From Gammaproteobacteria bacterium (GTDB taxonomy: Bacteria; Pseudomonadota; Gammaproteobacteria; Arenicellales; JAANXG01): a DNA stretch of 64,000 bases. The notes beneath the pieces are model-generated. The model saw only the letters and a program-made list of their open reading frames with translations. It did not search any database and was not told the origin of the DNA. Shown in pieces: positions 22,732-31,798 of this stretch (position 1 is the first letter of the stretch; every line of letters starts with the position of its first letter). The DNA lies in the NCBI GenBank assembly GCA_024638505.1, contig JAHEKE010000009.1:12196-76195 (forward strand), given 5' to 3'. The position numbers and the translations under genes were made by a program.

Positions 22732-24117
22732 TTAGATTGCGCTGGAATAATTTTGCTGAATCTTCGGTGCGTCCAGATAACGGTCGAAAACTGAACAGAT
22801 GTTCCGTACCAGCAGCCTTCCTGCATTTTGCACGCGTATCTCCGCATCGTCCAGCTGGATCAAACCATCATCCACCATGTACCTCAATGCTTGCAGCTCC
22901 GGTGCGAAGTAGCGCTTGAATTCGACTTTGAACTTGCGCTCGATGGACCGCGTGCTTAAATAAAAATGACACATGAGCTCGCGTATTATCGTGCGCCGCA
23001 ATTGGTCGTCCGTTTTGAGTTCAAAGCCGCGTGCGACCGGTAGTTCATTGCCTGTGATCGCGTTCTGGTAGGGTTTGAGCTGTCGATGGTTTTGCACGTA
23101 GTTGCCGCCAACCTGCCCAATACTGCTCATACCCATGCCAATTAAGTCGCAGTTCCCATAAGTTGAATAACCCTGGAAGTTCCGATGCAGACCGCCATTT
23201 TCCTGGGCCTTGGCCAAGCTGTCGTCAGGTCGAGCAAAATGATCCATCCCGATGAAGACATAACCGGCGTCGCATAGTTTTTCTATGATCATCCGCAGCA
23301 TATCCAACTTGGATTGCGCCGATGGCAGATCGGACTGCTTGATCTGTCGCTGCACCTTGAAACGCTGCGGTAAATGGGCATAGTTGAAAATCGATAACCG
23401 GTCGGGTCCGAGGTCAATAATTTTATCGAGGGTTGCGCTGAAGCTGTCTAATGTTTGCAGCGGTAACCCATAAATCAAATCTAGATTAGTCGACTTGAAG
23501 CCATAGGTCTGCGCCGCATCGAGTATTTCTCTGGTTTTTGTCAGAGGCTGGATGCGATTGACCGCTGCCTGAACTCGTTGGTCTACATCCTGAACGCCCA
23601 GACTTAGCCGGTTGAATCCCAGCGTGCGTAGAAAATCGATGTCGTCCACATCGACTTGTCGCGGATCCAGTTCTATCGAGTATTCGCCATCCTGGTCGGG
23701 ACAGAAAAGAAAAAACTCTTTCATGGCGGTAATTAGTTGCAGCATTTGTTCCTGCTGGAGAAAAGTCGGTGTGCCACCGCCAAAGTGTATTTGTTTCACT
23801 TGCCTGCCCTCATTGAACAGGCTGCCAAGCAATCTCATCTCAGCCAACAGATTCTGCACGTACGGTATTGCGTGCTTTCGATTTTTCGTAATGATCTTAG
23901 TGCAGGCACAGTAGTAACAAACCGTGCTGCAAAACGGAATATGTATATACAAAGACAGTGGATTAGGCGACTCGTCCTGATTGGATAATCGCACCCACCG
24001 CCGATATTGTGATTGATCGATGGAATAAAATTGCGGCGCGGTTGGGTAGGATGTGTAACGAGGCACGGGCACATCGTAGCGCTTGATTAATTCCTCGTTA
24101 AAAAGTTGGTCCTGCAT
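22732..24117 (-). CDS. hemN: Oxygen-independent coproporphyrinogen III oxidase (radical SAM)
   Basis: From ATG 24117 the protein begins MQDQLFNEELIKRYDVPVPRYTSYPTAPQF, collinear with the E. coli HemN N-terminus. The radical-SAM motif is HIPFCSTVCYYCAC, and GGGTPTFL is present. The ORF-track extension to 24195 uses a TTG and reads through a promoter-region repeat. Confidence 0.92.
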   Translation of the reverse strand: MQDQLFNEELIKRYDVPVPRYTSYPTAPQFYSIDQSQYRRWVRLSNQDESPNPLSLYIHIPFCSTVCYYCACTKIITKNRKHAIPYVQNLLAEMRLLGSLFNEGRQVKQIHFGGGTPTFLQQEQMLQLITAMKEFFLFCPDQDGEYSIELDPRQVDVDDIDFLRTLGFNRLSLGVQDVDQRVQAAVNRIQPLTKTREILDAAQTYGFKSTNLDLIYGLPLQTLDSFSATLDKIIDLGPDRLSIFNYAHLPQRFKVQRQIKQSDLPSAQSKLDMLRMIIEKLCDAGYVFIGMDHFARPDDSLAKAQENGGLHRNFQGYSTYGNCDLIGMGMSSIGQVGGNYVQNHRQLKPYQNAITGNELPVARGFELKTDDQLRRTIIRELMCHFYLSTRSIERKFKVEFKRYFAPELQALRYMVDDGLIQLDDAEIRVQNAGRLLVRNICSVFDRYLDAPKIQQNYSSAI

Positions 24118-24128
24118 AGGTGCCGCTC

Positions 24129-24153
24129 GTGATGACCGTGATGACCGTGATGA
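24129..24153. repeat. 9-bp tandem repeat GTGATGACC x2.8 in the hemN leader
   Basis: Read directly as gtgatgacc gtgatgacc gtgatga. It lies between the predicted hemN -10 hexamer and the ATG at 24117. It accounts for the SSRSSRSSR stretch in the over-extended ORF. Confidence 0.7.
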
Positions 24154-24181
24154 AGAATATATGCCGCGCTGGTTACACAAT

Positions 24182-24195
24182 TTGATCTGGGTCAA
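24182..24195. promoter_or_regulatory. FNR/ANR-type box TTGAT-ctgg-GTCAA (hemN-proximal)
   Basis: 9 of 10 positions match the CRP/FNR-family consensus TTGAT-N4-ATCAA. The box centre is 71 nt upstream of the hemN ATG. A TATTCT hexamer (minus strand, 24159-24154) lies 32 bp downstream, which is class II spacing. Confidence 0.5.
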
Positions 24196-24274
24196 GGAAT
24201 GCGGTGTAGTGACGGCTTGCGCTGTGCTCAGCCGGGACTACCAGTTTACGAGCGTCGAAAGAACAATATTTAAG

Positions 24275-24288
24275 TTGATATGCGTCAA
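24275..24288. promoter_or_regulatory. FNR/ANR-type box TTGAT-atgc-GTCAA (nqrA-proximal / hemN-distal)
   Basis: It has the same half-site pair as box 24182. The centre is 81 nt upstream of the nqrA start, with TAAGCT at 24310-24315. It lies 93 bp from the first box. Confidence 0.4.
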
Positions 24289-24362
24289 TTTGTTCGGTCG
24301 AAACCGGGTTAAGCTTGAGCGCTTTGATTGTAGGTCTGTTAGCCATAGATACGGAGTCTTAA

Positions 24363-25643
24363 GTGCGCATAAAGGTACGGGCAGGGCTGGATCTGCAACT
24401 CGGTGACCGGCCGGCGACAAAAGTGGAGGAGCGCAAAGGCTCGTCCAGGGCAGGCTTGCTTGGTCGGGACTTTTCTGGCGTCAAATTTGACGTCAAAGTT
24501 GAGCCGGGTATGCGAATTCAAGCGGGTGAAGCTGTGGCATGTGACCGACATCGACCCGGCATTATGTTCGTTGCCCCGATGGGGGGCGTGATCAGCGCGG
24601 TCAATCAGGGCAAACGGCGTTCACTTTTATCCGTGATAATCGATGTTGAGCAGGCGGGAGATGAGAGTAAGCGGTTCGATGTACCTGATCGGCTGCACAG
24701 AGACGCGGTACGACAACTCATGCTGAACTCAGGCTTGTGGACCGCCATAAGAAAGCGGCCGTTTGGAGACATCCCCGATTCCGATCGGGATCCGCGGGCC
24801 CTGCTTGTCACGGCTGTGGATACTGATCCACTTGCTCCAGATCCGATACCTATTATCCGCGCTTACGCGCACCAGTTTGCTCTGGGGCTTGAAGCGCTGA
24901 GCGCAATATATGATGGGCCATTGTACCTATGCCAACCGCCAGCAGCGGACATTGCGTCAGGGTCGCCGGATAGAGTGCAGCGCGTAGAGTTTATCGGCCC
25001 GCATCCGGCGGGTCTGCCAGGCACGCACATCCATTTCTTATGCCCAATAGGATTTGACAGAGGTGAGGTCTGGCACATTGGCTATCAAGACGTAATCGCA
25101 CTCGGCCACCTGCTGAATACCGGCAAGCTGTGGTTGCAACGGGTGGTGATGCTCGCCGGTCCGGCGGTAGCTAAACCGCGTGCCCTCACCGTGCCGCTGG
25201 CCGCGGCAACCGGTGATCTGGTGCGCGGGGAATTAGCACCGGGCGCGGTGAGGGTTATTTCTGGTTCCGCACTTTCCGGACATACGGCTGAGGGCGCTGA
25301 AGCGTTTCTGAGTCAACGCCACAGACAAATTACGGTCTTGCCGGAGGTAGACAGCATTCTTACGGAGCCGCAAAGCGGCGGTGTCTGCGACACGGGTCTG
25401 GGGGGCAATCCCGGGCCACTGATTCCAGTTGCCCAATTGCAACGATTGTCACCGCCCGGTATTTTGGCGGTGCCTCTGATGCGGGCGCTGCTGGTCAATG
25501 ACATTGATCTGGCGCGTGACCTCGGCGCCCTCGAATTGGTTGAGGAAGATCTCGCCTTACTCACGTACGGCTGTCCGTCAAAAAGTGATTATGGTCGGCT
25601 TCTACGTACGGTGCTGGAGCAATTACGCAAGGAGATGGCATGA
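24363..25643 (+). CDS. nqrA: Na+-translocating NADH:quinone oxidoreductase subunit A
   Basis: 426 aa starting MRIKVRAGLDL. It is collinear with Vibrio NqrA, including GPHPAGLPGTHIHFL and LGALELVEEDLALLTYGCPSK. It is the first gene of the nqrABCDEF order. Confidence 0.92.
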   Translation: MRIKVRAGLDLQLGDRPATKVEERKGSSRAGLLGRDFSGVKFDVKVEPGMRIQAGEAVACDRHRPGIMFVAPMGGVISAVNQGKRRSLLSVIIDVEQAGDESKRFDVPDRLHRDAVRQLMLNSGLWTAIRKRPFGDIPDSDRDPRALLVTAVDTDPLAPDPIPIIRAYAHQFALGLEALSAIYDGPLYLCQPPAADIASGSPDRVQRVEFIGPHPAGLPGTHIHFLCPIGFDRGEVWHIGYQDVIALGHLLNTGKLWLQRVVMLAGPAVAKPRALTVPLAAATGDLVRGELAPGAVRVISGSALSGHTAEGAEAFLSQRHRQITVLPEVDSILTEPQSGGVCDTGLGGNPGPLIPVAQLQRLSPPGILAVPLMRALLVNDIDLARDLGALELVEEDLALLTYGCPSKSDYGRLLRTVLEQLRKEMA

Positions 25644-26737
25644 GTAGCAGCCGCCCTACACGGGGTGCACCGCACGTACGCGCCGCAACTAGTCTGTCTC
25701 ATATTCAGAAAACCCAGGTCTTCGCACTGGTTCCGGTTGTGGTCGCAGCCGTGCTCAATACGGGATACCAATATCTGCTGGCACTGGATTCGGCGGGAGA
25801 CAAGATCTACTGGGATTGGAGTGACAGAACAATATACTTTTTCGGCCTTGACTATCAAAACCCATCTTTTTTTGCTGCGCTAATAGCTGGTTTAGTGCAC
25901 ATCATTCCTATTTTGGCCGTCGCGATACTGTCCGCCGGATTGTGTGAGCGTGCGTTTTCCACCAAACGCAATCTACCCATGCAAAAAAGTTTTTTATTGA
26001 GCGCCCTGGTATTTAGCTTGCTCATGCCGCCCGCAGCGTCACTGCTGCACGTCGCGCTGGGCATGATATTCGCGATGGTTTTTGGTAAATGCGTGTTTGG
26101 CGGTGACGGCAAGACCTTTCTGAACCCGGCTCTGCTAGGCGTGGCCGTAGTGCAGATTTCCTTTCCCACTGCGCTGAGCGGTCATCCTTTGTGGACGGGC
26201 ATCGAGGGATACAATGGCAGTAACATTTTATCGGCCTACCATCGTGAAGGCAGCGCTGCCCTTGACTGGTGGGGCATAAGCTGGTGGTCAGCCTTTATCG
26301 GAACCACCCAGGGTATGATGGGCACGACGTCGGTGCTGGCTACAATGCTAGGTGCGGTGGTGCTGGTTTGGAGGCAAATCGCCTCCTGGCGCCTAATAAT
26401 CGGGCAGGTGCTTGGCCTAATTCTGATCGCCTCGGTGTGTAACACGCTGGGAGGAGGTATTCTCGATATGTCCTGGTACTGGCACCTGGTACTGGGGAGC
26501 TTTGCCTTTGGTGCCGTCTTTGTGGCTACCGACCCGGCCAGTTCAGCCTGCACCGATACCGGGCGCTGGGTGCAGGGTGCTGTCATGGGCGGAATGGTAG
26601 TCATGATTCGCGTTGTCAACGAATCCCATCCCGATGGCGTGATTACTGCTCTGCTTCTGGGCTCCGTGTTAGCGCCGCTGATCGACCATGTTGTGGTCTG
26701 GTTCAACATCAGGCAGAGGGCAAGACGTTATGGTTGA
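25640..26737 (+). CDS. nqrB: Na+-NQR subunit B (divergent: short N-terminus, SGAT motif replaced)
   Basis: 365 aa. NqrB/RnfD-family motifs are present: FGGDGKTFLNPAL, WHLVLGSFAFGAVFVATDP and APLIDHVVV. There is a 4-nt overlap with nqrA. Confidence 0.9.
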   Translation: MSSSRPTRGAPHVRAATSLSHIQKTQVFALVPVVVAAVLNTGYQYLLALDSAGDKIYWDWSDRTIYFFGLDYQNPSFFAALIAGLVHIIPILAVAILSAGLCERAFSTKRNLPMQKSFLLSALVFSLLMPPAASLLHVALGMIFAMVFGKCVFGGDGKTFLNPALLGVAVVQISFPTALSGHPLWTGIEGYNGSNILSAYHREGSAALDWWGISWWSAFIGTTQGMMGTTSVLATMLGAVVLVWRQIASWRLIIGQVLGLILIASVCNTLGGGILDMSWYWHLVLGSFAFGAVFVATDPASSACTDTGRWVQGAVMGGMVVMIRVVNESHPDGVITALLLGSVLAPLIDHVVVWFNIRQRARRYG

Positions 26738-27521
26738 AAAGATCGCCGCAGACAGCTCGCTGAAAGTTATGCTCACCGCCGTGGCCGTAGCGGTGATCTG
26801 TGCCTTGCTGGTGTCCTATAGCGCGGTGACGCTTCGCCCTTATTACCTGGCCAACCTGAAGGCAGAAAGACAGGCCAGGCTGGAATCTATCCTCAACGCC
26901 CTGCCCCGGACTATGGATGAAATCGGAGTTGACGTGGTCGAATCTCATACGGTCGACCTCGACACGGGCGAGTATTCGGAACGCGTCGATCCGGCTACCT
27001 ACAACGTGCGGCAAGCGGTTACCGATCCTAATCAAAGCATCGCTATTCCACCCGAGCGGGACGCGGCCGGCATTAAACGCCGTGCCCATTACGCGGTGGT
27101 GTATATCCTGCGTGATGCGGACAAAGCAGTCCGCGCTTTTATACTGCCGGTCTATGGCAGCGGTTATCAATCCACTTTGTACGGCTTCCTCGCTTTGAGT
27201 GCGGATACCAAAACGGTGCTGGGCCTTAAGTTCTACGAACAGAAGGATACGCCGGGAATCGGCGCGCGCATACAGGATCCGGAGTGGGAAGCGTTATGGC
27301 CCGGTAAATCAGTATATGACGCCAGCGGCATGCTTAGACTGGGCGTGGCCCGCGGCAAGGTAGCGTCTGGTTCGGAGGAGGCCGACTTCCTAGTGGACGG
27401 TGTGTCAGGCGCGACTCGCACCAGTCTGGGCGTTCATGACTTACTGCGGTTCTGGCTGGGTGATCTCGGCTTCGGCCCGTATCTCAAACGCATGCGCGGT
27501 GGGAAGGCAAATGTCCAGTAA
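26730..27521 (+). CDS. nqrC: Na+-NQR subunit C
   Basis: The start at ATG 26730 ([13 protein letters not shown]...) overlaps the nqrB stop. It has a single TM helix and an intact flavinylation motif, [11 protein letters not shown]. Confidence 0.92.
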   Translation: MVEKIAADSSLKVMLTAVAVAVICALLVSYSAVTLRPYYLANLKAERQARLESILNALPRTMDEIGVDVVESHTVDLDTGEYSERVDPATYNVRQAVTDPNQSIAIPPERDAAGIKRRAHYAVVYILRDADKAVRAFILPVYGSGYQSTLYGFLALSADTKTVLGLKFYEQKDTPGIGARIQDPEWEALWPGKSVYDASGMLRLGVARGKVASGSEEADFLVDGVSGATRTSLGVHDLLRFWLGDLGFGPYLKRMRGGKANVQ

Positions 27522-28173
27522 ACTGTGGCAGACTTTTAAGACCCCGTGGATCGATGACAACCCGATCACGCTGCAGATTCTCGGGATTTGTTCGGCGCTG
27601 GCGGTAACAACATCGCTGGATACGGCCCTGGTAATGGCTGCCGCGGTTATTTGCGTTCTGGCTTTGTCGGGGGCGGCAGTGAGCCTGATCCGACAGCATT
27701 TGCCGCGCTCGATCCGCATTATTGTGCAGATTACCATCATCGCTTCCCTGGTCATCGTGGTCGACCAGGTTTTAAAGGCGTTTGCCTTTGAGATCAGTAA
27801 GCGATTATCCGTGTTTGTCGGATTAATCGTGACCAACTGCATTGTTCTTGGCCGGGCCGAAGGATTTGCCATGCGCAACGGTGTACTGGCCAGCACGTTT
27901 GACGGTATCGGCAACGGTATCGGCTACGGATTGATCTTAGTGTTGGTGGGGGCCCTGCGCGAATTTTTCGGAAAAGGAAGCTTACTCGGTAAGCAGATAT
28001 TAATTACCACCGCTCAGGGTGGCGCATTTGAACCTCTGCATTTAATGCTGCTGCCGCCGAGCGCGTTTTTCATTATCGGCGTAATAATCTGGGTAATCAG
28101 GAATAAGAAACCCGAGCAGATTGAGCAGTCCGAATTCGAAGTGCGTAGCGAAACAGAGGTAGGCCAACAGTGA
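27511..28173 (+). CDS. nqrD: Na+-NQR subunit D
   Basis: The start at ATG 27511 ([32 protein letters not shown]) overlaps the nqrC stop. The conserved Cys residues are present ([16 protein letters not shown]). Confidence 0.92.
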   Translation: MSSKLWQTFKTPWIDDNPITLQILGICSALAVTTSLDTALVMAAAVICVLALSGAAVSLIRQHLPRSIRIIVQITIIASLVIVVDQVLKAFAFEISKRLSVFVGLIVTNCIVLGRAEGFAMRNGVLASTFDGIGNGIGYGLILVLVGALREFFGKGSLLGKQILITTAQGGAFEPLHLMLLPPSAFFIIGVIIWVIRNKKPEQIEQSEFEVRSETEVGQQ

Positions 28174-28775
28174 CTGACCTGACCGGCTTGTTTCTGCGTT
28201 CGGTGTTTATTGAGAATCTGGCGCTGTCTTTTTTCCTGGGAATGTGCACCTTTCTAGCTGTATCCAAGCGAGTCGAAACAGCATTCGGTGTTGGCCTGGC
28301 CATGATTGCGGTACAAACGGTGACGGTACCGGTTAATAACCTTATATACACCTTTGTTCTTGCGCCAGGGGCGCTGTCCTGGGCCGGTCTGGATGACGTG
28401 GACCTGTCGTTTTTAAGCTTAATCGCGTTCATAGGAGTCATCGCGGCCATGGTGCAGGTACTGGAGATGACGGTCGAGTTTCACGCGCCGAAACTGTATC
28501 GCGCACTCGGTATCTTTCTGCCATTGATCACGGTCAACTGCGCCATACTTGGCGGCACGCTGTTTATGGTCGAGCGTTCCTACAGCTTCACGCAAAGTGT
28601 GGTCTACGGATTTGGCACCGGCGTTGGTTGGGCACTCGCTATCGTAATGCTGGCGTCAATTCGCGAGAGGCTGAAATACTCTGATATCCCCGATGGGCTA
28701 AAAGGACTAGGTATTAGCTTCATCGTGGTCGGAATCATGTCACTCGCATTCATGGGTTTTTCGGGCATAGGCTGA
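28170..28775 (+). CDS. nqrE: Na+-NQR subunit E
   Basis: 201 aa with a GTG start overlapping the nqrD stop. Motifs include [17 protein letters not shown] and [10 protein letters not shown]. Confidence 0.92.
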   Translation: MTDLTGLFLRSVFIENLALSFFLGMCTFLAVSKRVETAFGVGLAMIAVQTVTVPVNNLIYTFVLAPGALSWAGLDDVDLSFLSLIAFIGVIAAMVQVLEMTVEFHAPKLYRALGIFLPLITVNCAILGGTLFMVERSYSFTQSVVYGFGTGVGWALAIVMLASIRERLKYSDIPDGLKGLGISFIVVGIMSLAFMGFSGIG

Positions 28776-28776
28776 T

Positions 28777-29994
28777 ATGGCGGAAATCACCTTCGGGGTT
28801 GTGTTTTTTACCGGCATTGTATTAATTCTGGTCCTGTTTGTGTTGGGCGCGAGACGAGTACTGGTTCCGACTGGTGATTGCATGATTACTATTAATCAGC
28901 GTCAGTCAGCGAGCGCAGCGGTAGGTCAACGCCTGCTCGAGGTTCTGGTAAAAGCAGGAGTCAATCTGCCCAGCGCGTGTGGTGGTGCCGGGACCTGCGG
29001 TTTATGCAAAGTTAAGGTGACGGGTGCGGGCGATGCCGGTCCGCAGGAGCTGGCACATCTGAGTCGTCTAGAGGCGGCGAAAAACACCCGGCTGGCCTGT
29101 CAGGTGTCGGTGTATACCGACATTAAGGTTGAAGTCGATGAAGCCTATTTCGGCGTGGGTACCTGGCTATGCACGGTGAAGCGTGCGCGTAACGTGTCCA
29201 CGTTGATTCGTGAGATCGAGCTGGATTTGCCTCCGAATGAGCGCATGGATTTTCGCGCCGGTGGATTTGTCCAGATAACGTGCCCGCCTTTTCACCTGCG
29301 CTATTCTGATTTCCAAATTGAAAACGAATACCGCGACGCTTGGGATAAACTGGACCTGTGGCGGTTGGAGGCGAGTAGCGACGAGGCGGTGACGCGGGCG
29401 TATTCCATGGCGAACCATCCAGCTGAAGCGGGGAAGATTCTGTTGAACATTCGTATCGCGCTGCCGCCTCCGGGATCCCGGGATATCCCTCCGGGGCTAA
29501 TGTCGAGCTGGCTGTTCGCGCTCAAGCCCGGAGATCAGGTCCAGGTGATGGGTCCCTATGGCCATTTTTTTGTACAGGATTCCGACAAGGAGGTCGTGTT
29601 CGTCGGTGGCGGAGCAGGCATGGCGCCGTTACGCGCGCAAATCCTAGATCTACTCGAGGTCCGCGGTTCTAAACGAAAGATCACTTACTGGTATGGCGCA
29701 AGATCCAGGCGAGAATTGTTTTACACTGAGTTGTTTGAACGACTCGCAGCGGAACACGATAACTTTGATTGGTATGTCGCCTTGTCCGAGCCCGAAGCGG
29801 AAGACAAATGGCAGGGTTACACCGGATTTATTCATCGGTTACTGCTGGAAAATTATCTCGCCGTGCATGAGGCGCCAGAAAACTGCGAATACTATCTCTG
29901 TGGCCCGCCTCTGATGGTCAAGGCAGTACTCGCTACTTTGGATGATCTTGGGGTTGATAGGGAAAGCATTTACTTTGATGATTTTGGAGGCTAG
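28777..29994 (+). CDS. nqrF: Na+-NQR subunit F (2Fe-2S ferredoxin / FAD / NADH domains)
   Basis: 405 aa. It has an N-terminal TM helix, CGGAGTCGLCKV...C (2Fe-2S), RAYSMAN (FAD) and GGGAGMAP (NADH). Confidence 0.93.
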   Translation: MAEITFGVVFFTGIVLILVLFVLGARRVLVPTGDCMITINQRQSASAAVGQRLLEVLVKAGVNLPSACGGAGTCGLCKVKVTGAGDAGPQELAHLSRLEAAKNTRLACQVSVYTDIKVEVDEAYFGVGTWLCTVKRARNVSTLIREIELDLPPNERMDFRAGGFVQITCPPFHLRYSDFQIENEYRDAWDKLDLWRLEASSDEAVTRAYSMANHPAEAGKILLNIRIALPPPGSRDIPPGLMSSWLFALKPGDQVQVMGPYGHFFVQDSDKEVVFVGGGAGMAPLRAQILDLLEVRGSKRKITYWYGARSRRELFYTELFERLAAEHDNFDWYVALSEPEAEDKWQGYTGFIHRLLLENYLAVHEAPENCEYYLCGPPLMVKAVLATLDDLGVDRESIYFDDFGG

Positions 29995-30000
29995 CTGATA

Positions 30001-31020
30001 ATGAGTGAGCCCTGGAGCAGGCGGACGGTACTTAAAACGGCGGGAGCACTGGTGCTGCTGCCGTGGTGCGCGAAGGCCTCGCCCGCGAACACCCTTGGAC
30101 TCAACGGCGCAACAATGGGAACGCATTATCGCGTGCGCATCCAGAAGTGGCCAGTTGATCTCTATTTACCCAAGCTTAAGCGCGCCATCGAACAGGTATT
30201 AGCGCAAACGGAGGACTTGATGTCCACCTACAAGAAGGATAGCGAACTATCTCGTTTCAACCGTTCGACCTCAACCGCGTGGCAGAAAGTCTCTACGGTA
30301 ACCACTCGAATAGTGACGGCGGGCCTGGGCGTGCAGCAGCTCAGTGCCGGTGCGTTTAATCCTGCAGCCTCGCCGCTGGTCGACTACTGGGGTTTTGGCG
30401 CCAATCCCGTTCCTGTTGAGCACTATCCAGCGAACGTACCAGCGCGGCTGATGGATCGGGTTCGTGCCGCCGGTATTGAAACGAAACCGGGCGTTATGCG
30501 CAAAGCGCATGCCGCAGCCGCGCTGGATCTTAATGGCATTGCCAAGGGCGATGCGCTCGATTGCATTGCCGACCTTTTGCAGCAGAACGGCATCATCGAT
30601 TACCTGATCGAAATCGGCGGTGAGATCCGCGTGGCCGGTACCGGTCCGGGCGGGCGTAATTGGCGCATCGGCATTGATCATCCTGCTGGTAAAGACTGGG
30701 TACTGCACCTGAACCGCGGTGCGGTGGCAACCTCGGGCGACTATGTGGATTACTATGTAAGAGATGGCAAGCGAATCTGCCACATTGTGGATCCCCGCCT
30801 CGGCATCCCGGTGGAGCATGCCTTAAGCATGGTCAGCGTGGTGTCTCATAGCGCCATGCATGCAGATGCCTGGGCGACAGCGCTGTTTGTAATGGGCCCG
30901 CAAGAGGGATGGTCCCGTGCCGTCAAGCACGATATGGCGGCGATGTTTCTAGTGCGAAACGGATCAGGGTTTGTGCCGCGCATGACCCCGCGGTTCAAGC
31001 AACTGGCTTTGCAAATCTAA
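30001..31020 (+). CDS. apbE: FAD:protein FMN transferase
   Basis: 339 aa with a Tat/Sec-like leader (RRTVLKTAGALVLLP). ApbE motifs are present: MGTHYRV, LNGIAKG, ATSGDY and DPR.G.P. It sits in the canonical position after nqrF. Confidence 0.9.
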   Translation: MSEPWSRRTVLKTAGALVLLPWCAKASPANTLGLNGATMGTHYRVRIQKWPVDLYLPKLKRAIEQVLAQTEDLMSTYKKDSELSRFNRSTSTAWQKVSTVTTRIVTAGLGVQQLSAGAFNPAASPLVDYWGFGANPVPVEHYPANVPARLMDRVRAAGIETKPGVMRKAHAAAALDLNGIAKGDALDCIADLLQQNGIIDYLIEIGGEIRVAGTGPGGRNWRIGIDHPAGKDWVLHLNRGAVATSGDYVDYYVRDGKRICHIVDPRLGIPVEHALSMVSVVSHSAMHADAWATALFVMGPQEGWSRAVKHDMAAMFLVRNGSGFVPRMTPRFKQLALQI

Positions 31021-31040
31021 ACTTTGACGAGGGCGGTTGA

Positions 31041-31181
31041 ATGCTAACTGTATTGATGGCTGTGGCAGTGTTCTTGCTGGCGGCGCTTGGGCTGGGCTTA
31101 GGTATCGTTTTTGGCAGGGGGCCGATTAAGGGCAGCTGCGCAGGCTGCGCCCGCTGTTTGTGTCGGAGGTCTCGTTCGTGA
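31041..31181 (+). CDS. nqrM: (Na+)-NQR maturation factor NqrM-like small protein
   Basis: This gene is not in the ORF track. Read directly, ATG 31041 to TGA 31179-31181 gives MLTVLMAVAVFLLAALGLGLGIVFGRGPIKGSCAGCARCLCRRSRS (46 aa). It has one TM helix followed by a GSC..C..C.C cysteine cluster, as in NqrM/DUF539. It occupies the position after apbE. Confidence 0.7.
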   Translation: MLTVLMAVAVFLLAALGLGLGIVFGRGPIKGSCAGCARCLCRRSRS

Positions 31182-31600
31182 GCGCGTCGCTGCCCACGGT
31201 CGATGATTACATGAGTCGTGATCTGATCACTTTTACGCCTGACGACGATATCCATACAGCGGTAAAAGTGCTGCTTGATAAACGCATATCCGGCGCACCT
31301 GTAGTAGATGAAAATGGTCGTCTGTTGGCGATACTGTCGAAGAAAGATTGTCTAAAGGTGGTCTATGGCGCCAGCTACCACCAGGACTGGAGTGGCCGAG
31401 TGCGGGATTACATGAGCTCCGAAGTCGAGACTATCCCGTCCGGCACTGATGTAATCAGCGCGGCTGATCGTTTTATGCAGTCCAGCTACCGCCGATTTCC
31501 GATCGTCAGTAACGACCACATGATCGGCCTGCTCTGCCGACACGATATTCTGCGCGCGCTGGAGGACCTGTGGCCGCATACGGTGCGCGGCGGACCATAG
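31160..31600 (+). CDS. CBS-pair domain protein
   Basis: 146 aa with two CBS repeats (VDDYMSRDLITFTP...ISGAPVVDENGRLLAILSKKD; VRDYMSSEVETIP...YRRFPIVSNDHMIGLLCRHD). The start is uncertain: GTG 31160, GTG 31178 or ATG 31211. The two GTG starts overlap nqrM; ATG 31211 does not. Confidence 0.8.
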   Translation: MSEVSFVSASLPTVDDYMSRDLITFTPDDDIHTAVKVLLDKRISGAPVVDENGRLLAILSKKDCLKVVYGASYHQDWSGRVRDYMSSEVETIPSGTDVISAADRFMQSSYRRFPIVSNDHMIGLLCRHDILRALEDLWPHTVRGGP

Positions 31601-31798
31601 ACTACTCTTTGCCCAGGATCCCGGCACTGCCCTCACTACAGCATAGGATGGACACTTGAAGCATAGATAAACGGCGTCGCCTGCGCAATGGAGGTTACCG
31701 AGCGCCGCTGAATAGGATAGCTGTATCTATGTTTTTCCGGATTTGAATCGTAGGCGCTAACTAAGATGTTTGCTGCGGCGGCGCATTCGCGGGTTAGA

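Noticed and set aside
24118-24195. N-terminal extension of hemN (TTG start, MTQIKLCNQRGIYSSSRSSRSSRAAP)
   Set aside because: The E. coli HemN alignment begins at the ATG at 24117. The extension starts with TTG inside an FNR-type box and translates the 9-bp promoter-region repeat.
30271-30819. 182-aa ORF on the minus strand
   Set aside because: It is antisense to apbE within a tightly coupled operon.
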